Made by a program: the position numbers and the translations under genes
Notes under the pieces: model-generated
What the model saw: only the letters and a program-made list of their open reading frames with translations
What the model was told of the DNA's origin: nothing
The model's database searches: none
Shown: one piece after another, positions 56,829 to 64,000 of the stretch
Numbering within the stretch: position 1 is the first letter of the stretch
Layout of the letters: every line of letters starts with the position of its first letter
Assembly: GCA_951406725.2 (NCBI GenBank)
Contig: OX597828.1
Coordinates: 63,674,001 to 63,738,000, forward strand
Reading direction: 5' to 3'
Length of the DNA stretch: 64,000 nucleotides
DNA from: Octopus vulgaris
Lineage: Eukaryota

Positions 56829-59300
56829 CACACTTCTTTAACCTAATTTGGAGTCTCCTCTCCGCACCGAATACAAACAAATCAAAAAATTAAAAGGAAT
56901 CTCAACATCCTAACCCCCAAATCCCCCCCAACCTCTACCCCTCCCCACCACCACCTTTATTCAAACATCTCCTCTACTAATACCACCACCACTACTACTA
57001 CCGAAACCATCACCATCACTACTGCTACTCAACTACCACCGGAAATATCATTACCATCCCCACAAATATCACCATTTATCGATGACTCCCCCCACCACCA
57101 CCACCATGATAGCTCTACCATCACCATAACCCTCCCTCCACTACCACTATAACCACCAAAATAGCAAGAACAACAATTTAACCTATTTTATCAAACAAGA
57201 CAAGTTTTCCCTCCGTTATTAAAAAAGAAACTCTTAATGTGTTTGTTTAGAAAGTTGCTTTCTTTTAGTAAAAGAGTTGTCCGTCTTTTGTTCCAGGTTT
57301 TAAGACCCACTCGGGAGGCCAGGAAATGGAGGAAAGGTGGACTGGTGATGTTGGTGGTGGTGGTGGTGGTGGTGGTTATAGTGTAGAAGGCCTTTTGCTC
57401 CCTTTTTCTTGCTTCAACATTTTCACCGCTCCCCTTGATTACAACACACACACGCACACACACACACACTCACACACACACACACACTCACACACATACA
57501 AATACTCCGCTCAAAATCTACCGCCGATAGATCGATCTCTATTGAAACTTTCCTTGCATATAAGTTATTTCATCAATATTCTTATGGAATATCAAAACAT
57601 GGGCAGATGATTCCCAAAGTATAAACTGGAAATATATCTGAAAAGAAGGACAATTTATTGCCCCCAATAGTCCCCCTTTGTTCCCAGAACCCATACAATT
57701 TATCCATCGTCCTCCCACTCCAAGTCGGCCGTACCCTCCACTCCACTCCACTTCATGAACGACCCTTGTAGAGTTGGGTTGTTCGGATGTTTGTCTTACG
57801 ACTTAACTATAATGACTCTCGCTTACTATTTAGCCAAAACCTTTAGGTGTCATCTTAATTGTTTATCTTCGCTGCATGACACTTCAATAATCTTTTAATC
57901 GCTTTTAGTTCTTCGATAATTACATGGCTACTGAGTCGCGATCTGGTTCTAATGTTACTGACCCTTTATTGTCGCTTCATCACGGAGAAAAGAGCAATGG
58001 CTATGGTCTTTCACTTTTTTTTTCAGAATTTCTGAGGTGGTGGCGGCGGCAGTGTTGTGGAAGGGCTGTAGCCATTTTCCAACCGGTAGCCTGACCTAAA
58101 TGCTCGCAACAGAATGGCTTACACTAAAGGCTTTCTGGAGATCAGGTGGTGGCGTTAAATCGGGGGTAATTGATGAACTCTACCGCTCTAACACTAACGC
58201 TCAGAGCGAAAAGAGCCGTCACAAGCCACCGCAAGCCGTCCCTTCGGTTGCTTTAACAGTTCAGGCAATTCAAAGCCAGGATGGCTACTTTGTTTTATCA
58301 ATAACGAATGAATGAAAAACTTAAGTTGAGTCCATCGGATTTGAACTGAGAACGTTTTAACAAATAACATTATAGTATTTTGTTTTCTGTTGTAATAATT
58401 GTGCCGATTCACCATTGTGATGAAATGGTTTGTCAACACCGAAAGGTTGAAAGAGAAAGCTGGAATCGGCAGGATTTGAACTCATAGAAATGGGTCAAAT
58501 AACCTCAAGGCATTTTGTCTTTCGCTCTAACGATTCTGCCGATCAATCACTTCAAAGTATTTAGCATCATCTCAATTCTAATCGAGTAAGTCTATGACCA
58601 CAACCGTTCCAACCGTGACCATCGAGGCTTGTGTAACAAAGATTCTATTATACAATGAATGGATTTTTCAAGACAGTAAATCAAAAGAGAGAATTTAGTT
58701 GTTATATCTAGCAGATCGAGTTAAACAACCAAAGAACTTGGTTGGTTTACTGTTTGGCAGTGTTTAATACAAAACCGATGGAATGGTGTGATGGAAGAGG
58801 ATTAGGGCGGAAGGGTCGCTGCCGCGTTCTTCGATGTCACCGATTTCCCCCCCCTCTCTCTCTCTCTAGAAATACATGTTTCTGGTTAGAAACCTCACTG
58901 AATAATTGTCTGGTCAAGGATGTTAATTTATTAATTAACAGATGGTTTATAGAGTTAAAATAATTTTGTGGCAAGGGGGGGTGGCGAGAAGAAAAAAATG
59001 GTCTTTCGTTTCATGTTACTGTAACGATCATGGAAGGAAGAACGGATCAGGAGCGATGTAATTAAATGTGATATGGGGTAGATTGCAACAATAACATGTG
59101 TGTGTGTGTGTGTGTGGAGAGGGTGAGAGAAAGACAGAGAGGGAGGCAGGGGGAGAGAGAGAGTGAAAAATAGTTAAAAAGAGAAAGGGGTGACCTAAGG
59201 GCTACAGCAGAAATAAGCAAAAAGAAAAAAAAACAAACAAAAAGAAACGGGACACCCACATACACTACAATATATGTATGTGCAATATATTAAATGCATG

Positions 59301-59331
<31 letters not shown>

Positions 59332-59431
59332 TCATACATACAATGTGCGCATTTACATATTTATGTATACATACATACATACATACATGCATGCATGCAT
59401 ACATGCATACATACATACATACATACATACA

Positions 59432-59464
<33 letters not shown>

Positions 59465-59482
59465 GTAATACACACGCATATA

Positions 59483-59614
59483 TGTAGAATTGAAATTTAC
59501 AGAAAAACAAAAGACTAAGACAGATGCATGAACAACAAGTATGTATTGGTTTGGCGCTCGGGAAAGTGAAAAAGTCTTTTACGTTTCGAGCCTACGCTCT
59601 TCAACAGAAAAGAA
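59483..59614 (-). mobile_element. Penelope-type 3' tail fragment with HHR-like motif (59572-59613)
   Basis: 39 nt identical to 39267-39305; the flank is homologous but clearly diverged. Confidence 0.75.
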
Positions 59615-60184
59615 TAATATATATATAATATAAAATATAAACGATTTGAGAATTATACATTGTAATCGTGTATATGAATCAAGCGCGCGCACACACACAT
59701 ACACACACACTCGCGTCAGTATCTGTATTGATTATATATACTGATTTACATCGATATGATTGTAGTCTGAGCTCAGAGCTATTCGCACTGAGCTGATGTT
59801 TTTTCAAGACAAGACATTCCACATTACATTGCTTTAAATAAGTTCAGTGACTAGGTACCATTTGGAGGATTAAGGAATTTCTAAGGGTTTTCTTTCTTTT
59901 TTTTTTAAATTATCATTATTTCGAGTTTAGCCCATAACTTGGATTTAGAAGAGCCAAGGAAAAAACTGCTCAGGTATGTTCTTCAGTACCCCACGTGCCC
60001 ACATCAAACTTATAAACAGTAGCAGTAGCAGAAGAAAGAGGAAAGGGAGGAGGAGGAGAGGAGAAGAAGAAGGAGGAGGAAGAAGAAAAGAAAATGATCA
60101 ACAACAATAACAGCAACATCGTAATAATGGCAAGAGCAACGAAAACGTCGATGTTATCACGAACAATATATTTATGAATTGGGT

Positions 60185-60340
60185 GAGGCATGGCTGTGTG
60201 GCAATGAAGTTAATTTGGTAACCATGTGGTTTGGGGCTCTGTTTCATTGCGCGACACCTTGGCCAAGTGTCTCCTCGTATAAACCCGAGCCGACCTTTGT
60301 GAGAGAATTCGGTGGACGGAAGCTGCATGGAAGCCCGTCG
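60185..60340 (+). mobile_element. SINE family B 5' half, diverged
   Basis: ATGGCTGTGTGGCAATGAAG...GCGCGACACCTTGGCCAAGTGTCT...GAAGCCCGTCGT. Confidence 0.7.
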
Positions 60341-60534
60341 TAGAGAGCTGTCTGTCAATTCGTCTGTTTATCTGTTTATATGGATGATGAGTGACGTGTG
60401 TTTTTCTTTCTTTATTCATCCATCCATCTATACACATATCTATAAATCTATCTGACAGTGTTAATCCATCCATCTCTCTTCTTTCTTTCTGTGTGTGTAT
60501 ATACTCACACAGACTCGCAACACACACACACACG

Positions 60535-60599
<65 letters not shown>

Positions 60600-61319
60600 A
60601 CTCACCCTCATCCATTAATATTTGTTATTCTAAGCAGTCATAATCCCATTAACGAAGACCGCCATTTTAATTTTTTTTTCCTGAAGAGGTGAATAAGGTT
60701 TTGTTTCGACTAGGGCCCCTGTCATTAACATCTCTTGATGTCCCCTTTAAGGGTTGCTCCACCTTTAACTCTAGTTACACCCTGTAAGATAATTTATTTT
60801 CTTTTCTGCCGACATCTTAGAGAGAGAGAGAGAGAGAGAGATAGAATCCCTTCCAATTACGAGAGTGTCAATCTTTTCATCTCTCACCCTTTTCATGTAA
60901 ATGATGCAACATTGAAATTATAATAAATATTTCTTTTATTATTATATTTTATTTTATTTTAATATCAAGTAACTTCCGATATTCGTCTAAAAATTATTTG
61001 ATCGTTAGTGAGAAAAACATTATAAAAAATATGAAATTAAAAAATAATGGAAATAAAAATGATCGGAAAAGTGAAAGGAAATAATAATAATAATAATGAT
61101 GATGATGATGATGATGATTATGGTGATGATAAAGAGAAAACTTTGAAACAATTAAATGAAACAAGCATTATGACTCATCTAATTCGTTTAACGTTGAACA
61201 GGTTCTTACTGTTGTTGTTGTTGTTGTTTGATGTTTCCAATAACATTTGGTCGATTTTTTATTATTTTTATAATGTGTTCCTCTTACGATTCTCTTGGGG
61301 CGAATAAAGAAACGATTAT

Positions 61320-61750
61320 TGCTATTGACAGAATCGTTCGAGTTTCGGGAAAATTTCTTGGCGGTATTTATTCCGGATCTTCTCTATGTTCTGAGTTCAA
61401 ATCCCGCCAAGGTTAACTTTACTTTCATCTTTTCGGGGTCGATAAATTAAAATACCAGTGAAATAGGGGTAATGCTATCGATTAACCTTTCCTCTTAGTA
61501 TTGCTGGCCTTGTTCCTAAATTAGAAACCACTGAAGTGGCAATCTCTAAGAATCGGTAGAGTATCGAACAAAATGTCGAGCAGTATTTCGATCGACTTCC
61601 TAAGTTCCCTATTCAAATATCGTTGAGTTAAACTTACCCTTTCATCATTTTGGGGTCAATGAAATAAATACCAGTCATGTACTGGGACTGATATAACCGA
61701 CCTCCCACTCTCACTAAAATTGCTGGCCTTGTGCAATAATTTGAAACCTT
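61320..61750 (+). mobile_element. Two diverged SINE family A copies
   Basis: GAGTTCAAATCCCGCC...TTTCATCTTTTCGGGGTCGATAAATT and ...TTTCATCATTTTGGGGTCAAT. Confidence 0.7.
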
Positions 61751-61915
61751 TCTAATTTTTTTTTAATGATATGCACAAATATGTTACATTTGGAATCAAT
61801 GTCCTTGATACTGCGTCAAAACCAGTTTCCTTAGATTTCGCGGTTCTTTCTAACAATCTTTTATTATTATTATTATTGTTGGAGGGGGAACGAAAACAGA
61901 GAGAAGAAACTGAGC

Positions 61916-61946
<31 letters not shown>

Positions 61947-62859
61947 GAGAGAGTATGATATTTATTTACAATGAATTTGATTCTATAATCATTTTCCAAA
62001 TCCGCCATTTTGTTATTTCTGTTGTTGTCATTGTTGTTATCTTCTTCCTCCTCCTCCTCCTCCTCCATCTCTCCCACTTTTTCCAACTCTTTCCTTTTCT
62101 GTTCTAATCGTTTCATTCCCTCCCACCACCACTACCAGCGCCACCACCAGCACCCTCATCATTACGTCTTCAATATGAACCATATTGATTTCTACAAGTT
62201 CTTCGTTTAAAACAATCAGCTTAAAAGGAAGAACAAATCCAGGTCAAGCCAGTTTAATCTCTGTGCTTTGTTTATTTTCCGCCGCTCCTTTCGCTTCTTT
62301 TCGCTTCTTTTCGCTTGTTTTGCTTGTTACACTAAATCCAGGCTTTTCATTGGTTGTTTACTGTGGCTGGGCTCCACAATTTGTTCGGTCATTGGTTTGT
62401 TACAATCAGTTTCGTTTATTTTTTTCCGCTTCTTTTATGTTGTTGGGGATTTGTTGTTGTTGTTGATAATAATGGTGATGGTGGTGGTGGTGGTGGTGGT
62501 GAAGTTTGTTTTTGTTGATCGTGTGTTGGTCGGGTGGGGTGTAGGGTTGGGCGGTGTGTTTATTTTTAATGATTTATTTTGATTTTTGAAGCGAATTCCC
62601 TTAGTTTTTTGATGATCAATTAAACTGATGGGATTTGCTATGGATCTTAACAAAACATCGGGGCTGTTGCTATTGTTGTCGCTGTTATTGCTACTATTGT
62701 TGCTATTTTAGTAGTAGTAGTAGTGGTAGTAGTAGTAGTAGTAGTAATAGTAGTAGTAGTTGCTGTTAATGATGATAATGGAGGTGAGGAAAATGACAAT
62801 GCTTTCAGTATTGAAATCTCCCATGCCGCTACATCCACCGCCGCCCCTCCTCCTCCTCT

Positions 62860-62924
<65 letters not shown>

Positions 62925-63764
62925 TTATTATCGGTTTAATACCACCTCCAAGCAGGCCCATGGGTGCGTTAACGAGACCCTCCTCTCGTTTGAGAACAAA
63001 CTTCTCCCCCCTCCCACCACTACCCGAGACACCGAACAAGGCGCGTTGTGTTTCCTTTTCTGACTAAGCTACGTAAACGTGAGAAAAATTTAAGCATTTA
63101 TATTTTATAAATTTACCAATTCATAGAAAAAACAACAACGTGTTTATTAAACCAAAAATAATACAAAGAGTGGCTCTAAAGTGAAAACCTGAGTTCACAA
63201 ACCCGGATTTCTCAACAAGTCATGCGACTGCGCAATTCAAATGACAGCCAATGAATTAACCTGGTTTTGAAACTCGTTGGTCATCATTAGTAATAGTCAC
63301 AGAATCCGTCATGTGACTACTAGAGTTTCATGAATTGACCAATATTTAAGGTTATAAACAATGAAAAAGACAAAACAAAAACACAGCATTGTTTGTTTCA
63401 ATTTTCAACTCTTTCCGTTATTTCTGATGAAATACACTGTCTTTGTTTCAATTAATTTTGAAAATAATGAAGGAATTATCCTCTGGAATCTGAAAGATAA
63501 ATTAGAATGGAATTTTAATGGAAAGTTTTAATATAAATCACTTGAGAAGAGGAAATTCGTATTGCAGAGCTGAGGGCGATCCCAGGCGAATTGATATCGA
63601 AAGAGTTAAACGGAATTTTCCAAATATTTTAAACAAAAAGGTTTTTATTTAGTTTAAAAAGGAACTTTTAATATATTAAAGTAAAATTTGTATGTGTGTT
63701 GTAGTAAGTAAACAACAATATATCTGAAACAGGAAAACTCGAACCCGTTTCGTGATTGTGTGAG

Positions 63765-63916
63765 ATGAAGTTTGCTTCCCATCCTCACGGGGGCCGGTTC
63801 AGTCCCACTGCGAGACACTGTCGGTAGAATGTCTTCTGTTATAGAATAAGGCCGACCAAAACTTTGTGAGTGGATTTGGCAGCCAGAAATTGAAAGAAGC
63901 CCATCGTGTGTGTTTA

Positions 63917-63965
<49 letters not shown>

Positions 63966-63990
63966 GCGCACGCGTGTGTATGTGTGTGTG
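63765..63990 (+). mobile_element. SINE family B 5' half
   Basis: GGTTCAGTCCCACTGCG...GGCCGACCAAAACTTTGTGAGTGGATTTGG...GAAAGAAGCCC followed by (TG)n. Confidence 0.75.
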
Positions 63991-64000
63991 TTGATTTGCC

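Noticed and set aside
62960-63040. MGALTRPSSRLRTNFSPLPPLPETPNK as another phase-0 first exon
   Set aside because: It would need a non-canonical GC donor (AAG|GCGCGT) and has no other support.

Overview
AT-rich, microsatellite-saturated animal genomic DNA. The repeat families and the microsatellite density suggest an octopus or other coleoid cephalopod (inference). Nearly every ORF in the supplied track is a microsatellite artefact, and no complete protein-coding gene is present. The window reads as intronic or 5' gene territory. It carries several tRNA-derived SINE families and decayed transposon coding fragments (R4/Dong-type RT-RLE, Hero/R2-type RT, Penelope GIY-YIG, Tigger/pogo and Tc1 transposases). 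It also has hAT MITEs with 8-bp TSDs and a few candidate short + strand 5' exons of an unidentified large gene. The most striking signal is a set of minimal hammerhead-ribozyme (HHR) motifs in several unrelated short repeats, mostly inserted as head-to-head inverted pairs and often next to (TA)n. One of these repeats has a tRNA-like Pol III head, an (AAT)n body and an HHR-bearing tail, making it a candidate SINE mobilised by Penelope-like elements. Repeat boundaries were read by eye and are approximate.
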